A DNA stretch of 62,995 nt, counting the filler, from Chiloscyllium plagiosum (lineage: Eukaryota), in assembly GCF_004010195.1 (NCBI RefSeq). It is 4 parts of one record of this genome, joined end to end, with 100 filler letters (N's around TTAATTAATTAA, not from the genome) between each part and the next. Parts side by side here need not be neighbours in the genome. Positions count along the whole stretch, not along the records: positions 49,393 to 62,995 come from NC_057711.1; 3 more parts are not named here. One strand, given 5' to 3'. Shown here one piece after another: positions 49,642 through 62,995 of this stretch. The notes beneath the pieces are model-generated. The model was given only the letters and a program-made list of their open reading frames with translations, did not search any database and had not been told where the DNA came from. Made by a program: the position numbers and the translations under genes. How positions within the stretch are numbered: the stretch's first letter is position 1; every line of letters starts with the position of its first letter.

Positions 49642-51044
49642 ACTTTATTTTTGCCTGCTACATTTCTGTGAAGTACACTTGGATGCTTTTCTATGTTTAA
49701 GATACTAAGAAAAGTTGGATTTTTTTAAAATCATTTTTGAACAACGACGAACACCAGAAATCCTAATTTATTCCTCTCACAAAAAGCACTCATCTGAAAA
49801 CACTTACTTGACTCATGAGATATATCCCTGATCAGATAAAACTGTTGCTTTGTTCTGTTATCATCACTAGAGATTCTATTGCTTTCCACCTTTCCTATAA
49901 TGTAACAAGATAGAGTTGTTTTTATCTCAAGCAAACATGAGTCACTGCTAACCTTTGAAACAGCCATGTATATTAGATACAACAGATAGACTTCATGATT
50001 TCGACCTTGTTAGTAGTAAAATGCTTCCACATGTCAGCTTGCGGGCACTGAGTACTAAAAGACATCAATGTATAAATACACAGGGGTTTCCACAAATTTC
50101 AGTATTCATGAATGAACAATTGTGTATTACTTATGTGAAGACATTTGAAGCACATGAAAAAAAGTGCTCATATGTAAAACAAAGTGCTCCCAGAAGGTTT
50201 AAAGTTCTAAAAGTGGTATTGCATACAGCATGTCACTGGTATTTCTAGGGGATTTGTTTCATACTGTAGGACTGGCATCAGATCTGGAAGATTTCTTTTC
50301 TCTTAATTAGTATAGCATTTGAATTTCTAAACTGTCATTTTAGACTTTTAGTTCATTATCCAACAGGTAACAGAGCTATGTAATACATTTCCTAGCAATA
50401 TAAAGGCTTAAAAAGACAAAGTTTAACATTTCAATTCAGGAAACAATAGTCTCCTCTGCAATGGGATGACCAAATTAATCTTAGAGGATTGCTTTGCAGA
50501 ATATTTCGATTCAGTCCATGAGCTTCTGGTTGCCTGTAATTTTAATTTCCTGTCATACTTTCACCCTAACCTCACTCTCCTCAGCCTGTGACACTGATCT
50601 AGTTCAGCTCAATAGAAGTTCAAGAAACAGCACCTCATCCACATGAGCTGGTAACCCTTGACCTGGAAGCGGTAGTAAAAGAAAAAAGCCATGTGGCTGG
50701 CAAAAAAAAACAGGAAAACTGAAGTGACACAAGGAGAGTTGTTCAGAGGCTTTGGAAAGTGAAGGCTCAGATACAGACCAAAAAGAAATCAGACAGAAAT
50801 AGGAGAAGGAGGTACACTCTATTCTTATGAGCACTGTAGCAGATCTCACAGAGAGATCAGTTTTTCTGTTTGGCAGAAAAATAGATATTGTGTGAGCTGG
50901 CTGAAAAAAGGGGTTCAACCCAAAAAGCTATATTAATACTTCCAACTAAAGCCATGGGATACAGTGAGAATTTAAAAAGAGTGGTTAATTTCCAATAACC
51001 TTTTCTCTTACACCAACACATGAAAAATATATATTTTTAACAGG

Positions 51045-51335
51045 AAGGCAGTGGTGTCGTGGTTTAGTCACTGAGTGAATAATCTGCAGCACCGGGTTAA
51101 TGATCAGAAGATACGGGTTCAATATAGTAGGTTGTAAAATATGACTTCAATTAATACATATGGTATTGAGAGTTAGTGTAACAGTGATCATGAAGCCATG
51201 ATCAACTATTAGGAAAATCCATCTGGTTCACTCAGGAAACAAAATCTGCTGACATAGCCTGGTGTAACTCCAGAGTCACAGCAATGTGGTTGACTCTTGC
51301 ATGCCCAATGAAATAGCCAACAAGCCACTCCAATT
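51045..51335 (+). mobile_element. tRNA-derived SINE (same family as 52668-52980), decayed
   Basis: Shares ccatctggttcact and cacagcaatgtggttgactctt blocks and a tRNA-like head. Confidence 0.65.
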
Positions 51336-51362
51336 GTGTCAATGCAGATTGAAGGAAAGAAA

Positions 51363-52516
51363 TTCTGGATTCAGAATTGGCTGGCTGACAGAAGGCAGAG
51401 AGTGGTTGTAGATGGAAAGTATTCTGCGGGCTCTGATCTTGGGCCTCTGCTCTTTGTAGTTTTTATAAATGACTTGGATGAGGAGGTTGAGGCAGATGAC
51501 ACAAAGGTTGAAGGTGTCGATGATACTTATAGAGGGCTACTGCAGGCTGCAGCGCGACATAGATAGGATGCAGAGCTGGGCTGAGAAATGGCAGATGGAG
51601 TTCAACCTGGATAAATGCGAAGTTATGCATTTTGGAAGGTCGAACTCGAATGATGAATATAGGATTAAAGACAGGATTCTTGGCAGTGTGGAGGAACAGA
51701 GGGATCTGGGTGTGCAAGTACATAGATCCCTCAAAGTTGCCATCCAAGTGGATAAGGTTGTTAAGAAAGCATATGGTGTTTTGGCTTTCATTAACAGGGG
51801 GATCAAATTTAAGAGCCGTGAGGTTTTGCTACAGCTCTACAAGTCCCTGGTGAGACTACACTTGGAATGTTGTGTCTAGTTCTGGTCGCCCTACTATAGG
51901 AAAGATTTTTTTTTAGATTAGATTAGATTACTTACAGTGTGGAAACAGGCCCTTTGGCCCAACAAGTCCATACCGACCCTCCGAAGAGCAACCCACCCAG
52001 ACCCATTCCCCTACATTTACCCCTTCACCTAACACTACGGGCAATTTAGAATGGCCAATTCACCTAACCCGCACATCTTTGGACTGTGGGAGGAAACCAG
52101 AGCACCTGGAGGAAACCCACGCAGACACGGGGAGAATGTGCAAACTCCACACAGACCTGATCGAGGTGTACAAAATAATGAGAGGAATAGATAGAGTTAA
52201 TAGCCAGAGACTTTTCCCCAGGGCAGGATTGACTGGTACGAGAAGTCATAGTTTGAAGATATTAGGAGGAAGGTATAAAGAAGACATCAGAGGTAGGTTT
52301 TTTTACGCAGAGAGTTGTGAATGCATGGAATGCGTTGCTCACAGTGGTGGTGGAAGCAGAGTCATTGGGGACATTTAAGCGACTGCTGGACATGCACATA
52401 GACAGCAGTGAGTTGAGGGGATTAAGTTACTATACTTTTCATTAGGTTTAAACCTCGGTACAACATCGTGGGCCAAAGGGCCTGTTCTGTGCTGTACTTT
52501 TCTATGTTCAATGTTC
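51363..52516 (+). mobile_element. CR1 LINE 3' part interrupted by an HE1/V-SINE (51915-52155, minus strand)
   Basis: LQRDIDRMQSWAEKWQMEFN...; SINE (attag)n tail and V-domain in reverse. Confidence 0.9.
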
Positions 52517-52667
52517 TAAAACAAATGGACCATTTGGCATGGATCCAGACACCAGAAAGAAGAACAGCAAACTCAGACCCATCAACTCCACAAAAATTTT
52601 CTTTCTGGGTGCTTGTGTCAAAACTGGGAGAGCAGTCAAAACTAGACCAGTCAAACAAGAGCAGCAG

Positions 52668-52980
52668 GGGAGGCAATGGCCTGGTGGTATTGTCACTGCA
52701 CTGTTAATATGGAGATCCAGCTAATGTTCTGGGGACTTGGGTTCAGATTTTACCACAGCACATGGAATTGAGAGTCTAATAATGACCATGAATCCATTGC
52801 TGATTGTTAGGAAGAGCCTATCTGGTTCACTAACGTCCTTTAGAGAAGGAAACTACCATCCTTACCTGGTCTGGCCTACATGTGACTACAGCAATGTAGC
52901 TGACTCTTAACTGCCCTCTGGAATGGGCAATAAATACTAGCCAGGGACGCCATCATCCAGTGAATGAAATTTTAAAAAAA
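52668..52980 (+). mobile_element. tRNA-derived SINE with an L2-like 3' tail
   Basis: Head tggcctggtggt...gggttcaga (A/B boxes). Tail atgggcaataaatactagccagggacgcc...gaatgaaa followed by an A-run. Confidence 0.7.
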
Positions 52981-53199
52981 TTACCTAAAAGACAATGTCT
53001 CAGACACTGCCATCGCCAAGTCTGGACATCCTGACTAATGTTTCCTTGAAGCTGTGTGGTCACACCCAGCTTTCTCCAGGCTTTTGTGCAGCTGTTAACT
53101 TCCAGATTTGATAGTCACTGCCACAACTGACCTCAGCAATTCAAAAACCAAAACAAAAATAGGGAGTATTAGTCCTGTGCCACCGGGTATCAGAGATCC

Positions 53200-56100
53200 A
53201 ACAGTGGTTGCAGCACAGTGGTACACAGTCAGGAAGTAATCCTGGGTATTCTCAATATGGTCACTGGACTGCGTAAAGTCCCATGACATCCAGTTAGGCT
53301 TGGGCCAGGAAATCTTCTGAAGATTATCACTTACCATGGCCCTCAGCTGATGAACCAGCACTTCATATTGAACACCAGTTGGAAGAAGCACTGAAGGTGG
53401 CATAGGTAAGAACTTACTCTAGTTGGGGGGAGGGGTGGTGCATCAACTTCTATAAGCAAGAGAGACTGGCTCATCAGCACCACTGCAACAAAAGCATGGC
53501 CTGGTCTTGAAGGACATAACTATGTCAGGTCTGCAGCAGGTGGTGAGGCAACCAACAAAGGAAATTAAATTATCATTATTCCCATCAAACTACCTATAAT
53601 AGCTACATTTGGCAATGACTGTGTTAGCAGCAACCACCGCAAACAATCCAGTGTGTCCCGCGCATTAATCCTTAAGCAACGGAATAATATTCAACCCAAA
53701 TCCATGACTTTGTGGCCCAGCATATCCCTCACACTAACATTGCTCACCATACCTGGAACCAAAGTGGAGGAGGATGTCTCAGGAGCATTACTAAGCTGAT
53801 CTAACAGTGAGGGGGTGTCAATCTTATGAAGCTACAAGACAGGATAGTGTGCATGCTAAATAGAAGAAGTAATAGACAGGACTTAAGTGATCTCACATTT
53901 TGACACATCCAGTGAAGAATGATAGTGGACAATTGAAACAACAGGGAAGATGAGGCTCCACAAAGATGCTCTATCCCTAACAACACTGGAAGTCCGGTAT
54001 ATTAGCACAAAAGACAAGGCTGGAGCATTTACATCCAGAAATGCCAAATAGCTAAATTTCTTGGCCATCTTTGCCTCCTTCTGAAGAATCTCAGCATCAT
54101 ATTTGCCAGTTTTCAACCAGTTTGATTCATGCCATTTGGTGTCAAGAAATGATAACATTCCGGCAATGGCACTGAAGACTGATGCTTCTGAACTTACTGA
54201 ACACCTCGTCAACCACTCTGGTAGTACTCTGGCAACTACCCAACAATGTGAAAAACTGAAGGTAATAAATGCTGGAGATTACAGCGGGCCAGGCAGCTTT
54301 CATGGAGGGAGAGCAAGCTAACATTTCGAGTCTAGGTGACCCTTCATCAGAGCTGAACTGAAGTGTGGAGAGGGCAGCATTTATGCTATAGTTCAGGGGG
54401 TGGTGGCAGGAATAGTGGGTGTAGGGTGCTGGTAGAGAAAAGACGCTAGTAGCTTACTCCAACCCTAAAGAGTCAGACAAATGCAACCTGGCTAATTACT
54501 ACGTACTCTCGATCAGCAGCAGGGTGATGAAAGCAGTTGTTGGAGCTATCATATTGCTCAACAATAACCAGCTCAATTAGATTCAGCTTGGGTTCTGCTG
54601 GGGATATAAACTCCTCATCTCATTACAGTCCTTGTCCAAACAGAGACAAAAGAGCTGAATTCCAAGGTGAGATGAAAATTACAGCCCTTGACATCAAGGA
54701 AGCATTGAACAGAAAACGGCATCAAAGACAGCCCACAAAACTGGAAACCAATGGGAATAGGGAATAACTCTCCACTGGTTGCAGTCATACCAGTACAACA
54801 GATGTTGAATATGGTTGTCAGAAGTCAATCATATCAGTCCCAGGAAATCAGTGCAGGGTTCCTCAGGATAGTGTCCATGGTTAACCAACGTCAGTTACTT
54901 CACCAATGACCTTCCGTCCATCATGAAATTAGAAATGTCGATGTTTGCTATTGTTCAGCATTATTTGTGAATCCTCAGATGTTAAAGCAGTCCATGTCCA
55001 CATTCAACAACATCCAGGCTTAGGCTGATAAGTGACAAATAATGTCCGCACCATGCAAGTGCCAAGCAGTGACCACCTCAGCCAACAGGAAATTCTGACC
55101 ATCCTCCCTCGATATTAAAATGTACTACCAAGATTAAATCCCCCATTATCAACATCCTGGGGCATTACAATTGATCAAAACATGAGCAGTCTGGGAATTC
55201 TATGGCAAAATCTGTATCTTCACAGTGGAAGACATGAGTAATATCCCAACAATTAAGGAGAGTCAGGGGGCAGAGTTAAGTATGGTAGCCATTACAAAAG
55301 AGAAAGTGCTAGAAAAGCTAAAAGTTTTAAAAATTGATAAATCTCCTGGCCCCGATGGGCTACATCCTAGAATTCTGAGGGAGGTGGCTGAGGAAATAGT
55401 AGCAGCATTGGATGTGATTTTTCAAAGGTCACTGGAGTCAGGGAAAGTCCCAGACGATTGGAAAATTGCTGGGATTTTCAAGAAAGTCAAGACAAAAGAT
55501 GGAAAATTTTAGGTTGATTAGCCTAACCTCGACTGTTGGTAAAATTCGAGAATCCATCGTTAAGGATGAGATTTCTAAATTCTTGGAAGTGCAGGGTCAG
55601 ATTAGAACAAGTCACATGGATTTAGTAAGGGGAGGTCATGCCTGACAAACCTGTTAGAATTCTTTGAAGAGGTAACAAGTAGATTCAACCAGGGAAACCC
55701 AGTGGATGTGGTCTATCTATACTTCCAAAAGGCCTTTGATAAGGTGCCACACGGGAGGCTGCTGAGCAAGGTGAGGGCCCATGGTGTTCGAGGTGAGCTA
55801 CTGGTATGGATTGAGGATTGGCTGTCTGACAGAAGGCAGAGAGTTGGGATAAAAGGTTCTTTTTCAGAATGGCAGCCGGTGACGAGTGGGGTCCTGTAGG
55901 GTTCAGTTTTGGGGCCGCAGCTGTTCACTTTATATATTAATGATCTGGATGAAGGGACTGGGGGCATTCTGGCAAAGTTTGCTGATAATACGAAGTTAGG
56001 TGGACAGGCAGGTAGTACTAAGGAGGTGAGAGGCTGCAGAAATATTTAGACAGTTTAGGAGGGTGTCCAAAAATAACTGATGAAATTCAACAAAAGCAAA

Positions 56101-57225
56101 TGCAAGGTCTTGCACTTTGGATAAAAGAATACAAGCATGGACTATTTTCTAAACGGTGAGAAAATTGATAAAGCTGAAGTACAAAGAGTTCTGGGAGTGC
56201 TAGTCCAGGATTCTCTAAAGGTTACCTTGCAGGTTGAGTCTGTGATTAAGAAAGCGAATATAATGTTGTCATTTATCTCAAGAGGGTTGGAATAAAAAAG
56301 CAGAGATGTGCTTCTGAGACTTTATAAAGCTCTGGTTAGGCCCCATTTAGAATACTGTGTCCAATTTTGGGCCCCACACCTCAGTAAAGACATACTGGCA
56401 CTGGAGCGTGTCCAGCGGAGATTCACATGGATGATCCCTTGAATGGAAGGCCTAACATACGATGAATGGGTGAGGATCCTGGGATTGTATTCATTAGCGT
56501 TCAGAAGTTTGAGGGGAGATCTCATAGAAAAGACAATGCATGGCTTAGAAAGGGTGGACCCTGGGAAGGTGTTTCCATCAGGCGGGGAGACTAGGATCCG
56601 TGGACATAGCCTTAAAATTAGAGGGGGCCAATTTAGAACGGAAATGAGGAGACATTTCTTCAGCCAGAGAGTGGTGGGCCTGTGGAATTCATTGCCACGG
56701 AGTGCAGTGGAAGCCGGGACATTAAATATCTTCAAGGCAGAGATTGATAAATTCTTAATCTTGCAAGGATTTAAGGGATACAGGGAGAGTGCGGGTAAGT
56801 AGAGTTGAAATGCCTGTCATGATTAAATGGTGGAGTGGACTCGATGGGCCAAATGGCCTTACCTCTATGGCTTTATGGCTAAATAACTCACCTCCAGAAG
56901 GAACAAATCCGGAGTGCAATGGAATTCTCTCCACTTGTCAGAATGCATGCAGCTCCAACACTCAAGACACATCCAGAAAGCAATCAGTCAGTTTGAGTAG
57001 CTGACCATCTATCATTTTGAACATTTAGTCTCTCTCTCACGGATGCACAGTGGCAGCAGGATACAGGATGCTCTGTAGCAACTCACCAAGGGTCCCTTGG
57101 CTGCAGTCTCCAAACCAAAGCTACTACATACTTCCAAAATTTTGCAATAATTTAAGAAAGTACTCACTATCACCTTCTCAAATGGCTATTGGGAATGGGA
57201 GATAAATGCTGATCCAGTCAGTTAA
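53200..57225 (+). mobile_element. Old L2-like LINE (EN + RT), interrupted by a PLE fragment (~54260-54450) and a CR1 (55205-56880)
   Basis: RT motifs TALDIKEA, GVPQxSV and MF(A). The sequence resumes after the CR1 and ends in a tail resembling that of the SINE at 52668. Confidence 0.65.
55205..56880 (+). mobile_element. CR1 LINE ORF2 3' part
   Basis: [38 protein letters not shown], with a (tatggct)n tail. Confidence 0.93.
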
Positions 57226-58971
57226 CAAAGTTTTAGAAAAAAGGAGTTTTTGTTTTTCAGCAATTTTCTTACAATAAATAAAGTGTTGAAATCCCTGCAG
57301 TAATCAACAAATTCTTAACTATATATTATGACTCACTCATTGTAATACTGGGCAAGTCAGATCCTAGAGTGAAGCTTGGTTGGATCGATCACAGTTTTAG
57401 CGGTGGTTAGTCACTACACATAGTCACACGAGGCTGCCAATGTTATTTAACAAATGCTCACAGGTGCATTGCATAATAAGCAACAAAAACAGAATTGATT
57501 ATTCAGTTTACAAATATCTGGAGTGAAAAGAACAATTCAAGCTTTTATCCCAGAAATATATTTCCAGATAAGCAGTCCCAAAAGAATATCCACCTATTCT
57601 TAACTTCACAAATTCTCTCAGGCTCTTTCCAGTTTTGATGGTCAATAGACTTCTTCCAGCCCCGTTGGTCATTAATTTTGGCAGCTTGAAAACTTTTACA
57701 TGACCTCTCAACTTGGAAATGCTACAAACCATACTCTCCCAGTTTGGAGATTTCTACGCAACTCACAGATTGTAAATCTGCGAGGGTGAAATGGTTCTTC
57801 TAAACTGATTTCAAACTAAATTGATCTCTGGCCTGTTTTTGTTTTTATGACATAAAAGCTCCATTTTGTAAATACTTCAATCAACTTCACATGATCCTTA
57901 TGGGCACTTTTTATAGAGTCAGAGTGGTAGAGTTCTTTAGTGTGGAAACAGTTTTGGTCCTATTTGTCCAGGCCGACCAGATATCCTAAATAAATCAGGT
58001 CCCATATGCCAGCATTTGGCCCATATCCCTCTAAACCTCCCGATTTATGCTCCCATCCAGATGCCTTTTATAGCGTCATAGAGCTGTGCAGCATAGAAAC
58101 AGTCCTTTTGATTCAAATCACAAGTGTTTTCGGAAATTATGTACGTTTTTTCACTGTTCCAAGCGACTAAGCTCTTTAAAAAATTACATTAATAGAACTG
58201 AAATCAAATGTATATTATTCCTTTTAAAAATGTAAATACTCAATTATTATATAGTTATTTTAATATTGTAATTATTGTTGCAGAAATTTGAGTTGAAAAA
58301 TTGCCATTTGGAATGTTAGAGAACTCAGCAGTCAAACTTAGGACATTCATTATCAATATGACCCAGGCACATTCCAGACTCATGCTCGTCATGGATTTGG
58401 TTAGATAGGCACAAAAGAAAATGGGAAAGCACCGGAAATTAAAACTCCTCGGATTATTTTTTTCTCCTTTTTTGGCTTCACCCATTTTGTTAATGCTGTT
58501 TGATAATGTTTCTGTCCCTCCAGTCAGTCATTCACTGTGTTCAAGTGACCCACCACCACACCTTCCCATCGACTTTTAAGCATGTCTTGTCCTCTCCTTC
58601 TTGGTATTCCCCCCTTAGCACACTCCCTCTTTCCCAACACAAATGAATGACCACACTATTTCAATCTCATCTCGGATTTCTTTGATGGTCCCACAATCCT
58701 TATGTCTCCACTGAAGTAGTTTCCTCATTTTGTCCTTGCTCTTCACTCCACACAACCATCTTATTTGTAATCATAAAAAACTCTTCCGATCACTAGGTGT
58801 AAAGACATTCTCTGTGTTGGAGCAGGTTTGCCAGTCACAAGTGCATTCTATTCATGCACAAGTAATATGACAAGATGACAAAGTAAAACTCTTCTCCATT
58901 ACATGTACAATATTTGTACATACAGCCAGAAACTGCTGTAGTGGGACATCTAATGTCATCTGCTTTTAGTT

Positions 58972-60320
58972 AGAATCATGGAATCACAGAATTGTACAGT
59001 GCAGAAGGAGGCAGTTTGGCCCATTGTGTCTGTACCATCTACAGACAGAGCTAGCTAGCTAGTCCCCCTCTCCAGCTCTATCTCCATAGCCCTCTAATTT
59101 CATCACTTTCCCAAGTATGTATCCAGCTCGCTTTTGAAACCTCATTATCTCCACCACTCTCCAAGGCAGCACATTCCAAATCCTAACAATTCTCTGGGTG
59201 AAAAGGTTTCTCCTCATCTCACTCCTAGCTCACTTGCTGACAATCTTGAAATTGTGACCCCCTAGTGACTGGCACAGCAACCAGTGGAAACAGGATATCC
59301 TTCTTCACCCTGTCAAAATTGTTCATAATGTTGAACACTTCAAGAAGGTAATCTGTTAATTTAAGAAGAATAAGCCCAATTTCTCTAGTCTTTCTTTGTA
59401 TCTAAAATCCTTATTCCTGGTATCACTTTAGAAAGTCTCCTTTGAACTCTCTCTAGGACTTTAACATCTTCCCTTAAATATGACGTCAGTATGACATCAA
59501 CTCCTAGACTCAAAGGTATATGTCTTTTCCCTGTTATAGTGGATTTCAAAACTAAAGGACTTTTCTCTAGGTGAGAGGGGAAAGATTTAAAGGGACCCGA
59601 GGGGCAACCTTTTCACACAGAGGGTTGGTCATATGTAGAATGAACTGCCAGAGGAAGTGGTAGAAAAAAGTTTTAGATGCTGGAATTCAAAGTAGACAAG
59701 CAGGAGGATGGAAGAACACAGCAGGAGATGGAGAAGTCAACGTTTCGGGTGTAACCCTTCTTCAGGATTGGTATATGCAGGTACAGTTAGAATATTTAAA
59801 AGTCATTTGGACAGGTACATGAATAGGAAAGGTTTTTGAGGGCTTTGGGCCAAATGCAGGCAAATGGGACTAGTTTAGTTTGGGAAAGTTAATTGGCACG
59901 GACGAGTTGGACTGAAGGGTCTGTTTCCGCGTTGTACGACTTGATGACTATCTTTTGAACACAATAGTCCAAATCTGGTCTGACCAATGATGTATAGAGG
60001 TGCAGCATCATTTTCCTGATTTTAAACTCTACACTTCTCCTTATAAACCAAAGGTGTCTTAACACCTTCTTAATAACTGTTTCAATTTGTCTGGCCACCT
60101 TCAGAGAATCATGCACTTGAACCCCAAGGTCCCTCTGCTCCTGTACACCCCTCAATGTTGTACTGTTAAGCCTGTATTGACTCTCTGTTTCTTCTACTGA
60201 AATGCAATACCTCTCATTTCTCTGCTTTCACATTCATTTGCCAGGTGTCTGCTCATTTGGCCAACTTGTCACCATCCCTATGCTCAGCATCATCCTTGCA
60301 ATTCACAATTCTCCCTAACT
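58972..60320. mobile_element. Old minus-strand CR1 with a nested plus-strand CR1 3' end (~59535-59950), which itself holds a PLE fragment (~59675-59768)
   Basis: EQRDLGVQVH...LDYCVQ on the minus strand; CR1 3' UTR on the plus strand; hammerhead motif at 59739-59765 (minus). Confidence 0.75.
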
Positions 60321-60707
60321 TTTTTTATTTACTATGCTCAGTTGCTCAACACCCACATTTTCAACTAGACCATTGTCACCATTTTCGAATTTCGTAAAGA
60401 TAGAAGCAAAGTCCTCATTTAGTATCTTTGCCATACTTTACACCTCATCTTTTCATGTTTGTTCCTTATGGGCTCCACTCGATACTTCACTCATCTTATA
60501 CGACTAATTTATTTAATTTATGTTTCAGTGACAGAGTTTAGAATTATAATGTTTATGCTTGAATCCTTCAACTGAAAAAAAATTGCCAAGATTTCTGAAG
60601 GTGTAAACATCTGAAACCTGAACTGGCAGAACAACCAACATTGTACTTTTTTAAATCACTAAGACTGAAGCGTTGGAAAAAATGAGCGGGAAGATTGGAG
60701 AAAGGAG

Positions 60708-61017
60708 GTTTAGGTTAGATTCGATTCCCTACAGTGTGGAAACAGGCCCTTTGGCCCAACAAGTCCACACTGACCCTCTGAAGAGTAACACACCCAGACC
60801 CATCACCCTCTGACTAATGCACCTAACATTATGGGCAACTTAGCATGGCCAATTCACCTGACCTGCACATCTTTGGACTGTGGGAGGAAACCGGAGCACC
60901 CAGAGGAAACCTACACAGACACAGGGTGAATGTGCAAACTCCACACAGAGTCACCCAAGGCTGGAATCGAACCTGGAACGCTGGTGCTGTGACACAGCAG
61001 TGCTAACCACTGAGCCA
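60708..61017 (-). mobile_element. HE1/V-SINE, near full length
   Basis: Reverse complement of tggctcagtggttagcactgctg...ggttcgattcc, V-domain and tail. Confidence 0.9.
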
Positions 61018-61604
61018 ATTAAGGGGCAAACTAAGAGCTCTATTCACGGTTAAATCAATGGTAAGACAGTCAGCATTTTTGTAAAGTTAACAATGAGAGT
61101 TGTAACCTCACTGTTACTTTGCCAATAAAATCTGGCCCTATTTAAAACCTGAGAGGTATTTTTACCCAACTGTGTTGTTGGTCCAGACCCTGCTGTACAG
61201 AATGTTTGCAAGGATTCTGACACAGATGAGCACTCTGAGCCCATTTTCTTAGCTACTTTCACAAAGTTAATTTTCAGATAAAATACACTGCTACCAGGAA
61301 ATTCTTTTCACCTAAATTTTGTCCAATGCCTTTTTAATTTTCTTTATCTGTTTGCTCCAATCCAATGGGAAATAGGATGAAACTTTAAAATCTTCACAGG
61401 CATTCAGCTGCCTTGGCAGCAAATTCTTTTCTAACCAGATTCCCTCGTGGTTAGTTCCAACTACTTGGAGGATACAGGCAAGTCTTTTGCACCGAATTAT
61501 ACAATGATGTATTTTTCTTAAAGTTAGCAAAAATTACACAAGGGAGAAAAACAGTTTTGAGTTATGTTTGCTTCAAAATGGAAATGTTATAAACTTGCGG
61601 ATAC

Positions 61605-62995
61605 AGAGATGGGCTCAAGTGTGTATACTTCAACGCAAGGAGTATCAGAAATAAGGTGGGTGAACTTAAGGCGTAGTTCGGTACTTGGGACTACGATGTT
61701 GTGGCCATCACGGAAACATGGGTAGAAGAGGGACAGGAATGGTTGTTGGAGGTTCCTGGTTACAGATGTTTCAGTAAGATTAGGGGAGGTGGTAAAAAAG
61801 GAGGGGTGGCGTTGCTAATTAGAAATGGTATAACGGCTGCAGAAAGGCAGTTCCCTGGTTACAATGTTTCAGTAAGATTAGGGGAGGTGGTAAAAAAGGA
61901 GGGGTGGCGTTGCTAATTAGAAATGGTATAACGGCTGCAGAAAGGCAGTTCGAGGGGGATCTGCCTTTAGAGGTAGTATGGGCTGAAGTCAGAAATAGGA
62001 AAGGTGCAGTCACCTTGTTGGGTGTTTACTATAGGCCCCCCAATAGCAGCAGAGATGTGGAGAAACAGATTGGGAAACAGATTTTGGAAAGGTGCAGAAG
62101 CCACAAGGTAGTAGTCATGGGCGACTTCAACTTCCCAAATATAGATTGGAAGCTCTTTAGATCAAGTAGATGGGATGGGGCGGTGTTTGTGCAGTGTATC
62201 CAGGAAGCTTTTCTAACTCAGTATGTAGATTGCCCAACCAGAGGGGAGGCCATATTGGATTTGGTACTCGGTAATGAACCGGGACAAGTGGTGGACTTGT
62301 TAGTGGGTGAACATTTTGGTGATGGTGACCACAATTCTGTGACCTTTCACCTTGGTTATGGAGAGAGATAGGTGCGCACAACAAGGTAGATTTTATAATT
62401 GGGGGAAGGGAAATTACAATGCTGTAAGGCAGGATTTGAGGAGCATACGTGGAGAGCATAGGCTGTCAGGGAAGAATGTGGTGGAAATGTGGAACTTTTT
62501 CAAAGAGCAGATACAACGTGTCCATGATATGTATGTACCTATCAGGCAGGAAAGAAATGGTCGTGTGAGGGAGCCTTGGTTGACGAGAGAGGTTGAATGT
62601 CTGGTAAAGAGGAAGAAGGAGGCTAACATAAGGTTGAGGAAACAGGATTCAGACAGAGCAGTGGAGGGATACAGGATAGCCAGAAGGGACCTGAAGAAAG
62701 GGATTAGGAGAGCTAAGAGAGGGCATGAAAAATCGTTGGCAGATAGGATCAAGGATAACCCCAAGGCATTTTATGCGTATGCGAGAAACCTGAGAATGAC
62801 GAGAACGAGGGTAGGGCCGATCAAGGACAGTAGTGGGAGACTGTGTATTGAGTCGGAAGAGATAGGAAAGGTCTTGAACAAGTACTTCTCTTCAGTATTT
62901 ACGAACGAGAGGGACCGTATTGTAGAAGAGGAGAGTGTGAAATGGACTGGTAAGCTAGAAGAGATACCTGTTAGGAAGGAAGATGTGCTGGACAT
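61605..62995 (+). mobile_element. CR1 LINE ORF2 N-terminal part (APE endonuclease), running off the window
   Basis: YFNARSIRNK, VAITETW, GGVALLI, YYRPPN, MGDFNFPNIDW, GDHN. Contains a 99-bp tandem duplication. Confidence 0.93.
61755..61951 (+). repeat. Tandem direct duplication (99 + 98 bp)
   Basis: 61755-61853 is repeated at 61854-61951 with a single 1-nt indel. Confidence 0.93.

Noticed and set aside
57508..57732. Minus-strand ORFs here and at 58255-58485 and 61050-61530 as possible ADAMTS19 terminal exons
   Set aside because: No thrombospondin type 1 or PLAC cysteine patterns and no credible splice boundaries.

Overview
Repeat-dominated genomic DNA from a cartilaginous fish, most likely a shark (inferred from HE1/V-SINEs and the CR1 and Penelope families). 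The only host gene I can support is MINAR2 (KIAA1024L) on the minus strand: coding exon 1 at 24196-24035 and exon 2 at 23651-23403. I found no terminal transmembrane-encoding exon, so positions 1-23402 are probably part of a very large intron 2. The rest is mostly decayed retroelements: many CR1 LINE fragments (one with an ORF1 zinc finger/esterase), an L2-like LINE, a Rex1/Babar-like fragment, SINEs, a probable solo LTR, Gypsy and Harbinger-like remnants, and abundant Penelope-like elements (PLEs). The most striking pattern is PLE terminal repeats carrying minimal hammerhead-ribozyme motifs. These form small head-to-head fold-back insertions with ~13-bp target-site duplications (TSDs), and one insertion captured an inverted copy of its own flank. 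Three gaps are artificial 100-bp linkers (N44-TTAATTAATTAA-N44). All calls are by eye without database searches, and repeat boundaries are approximate.
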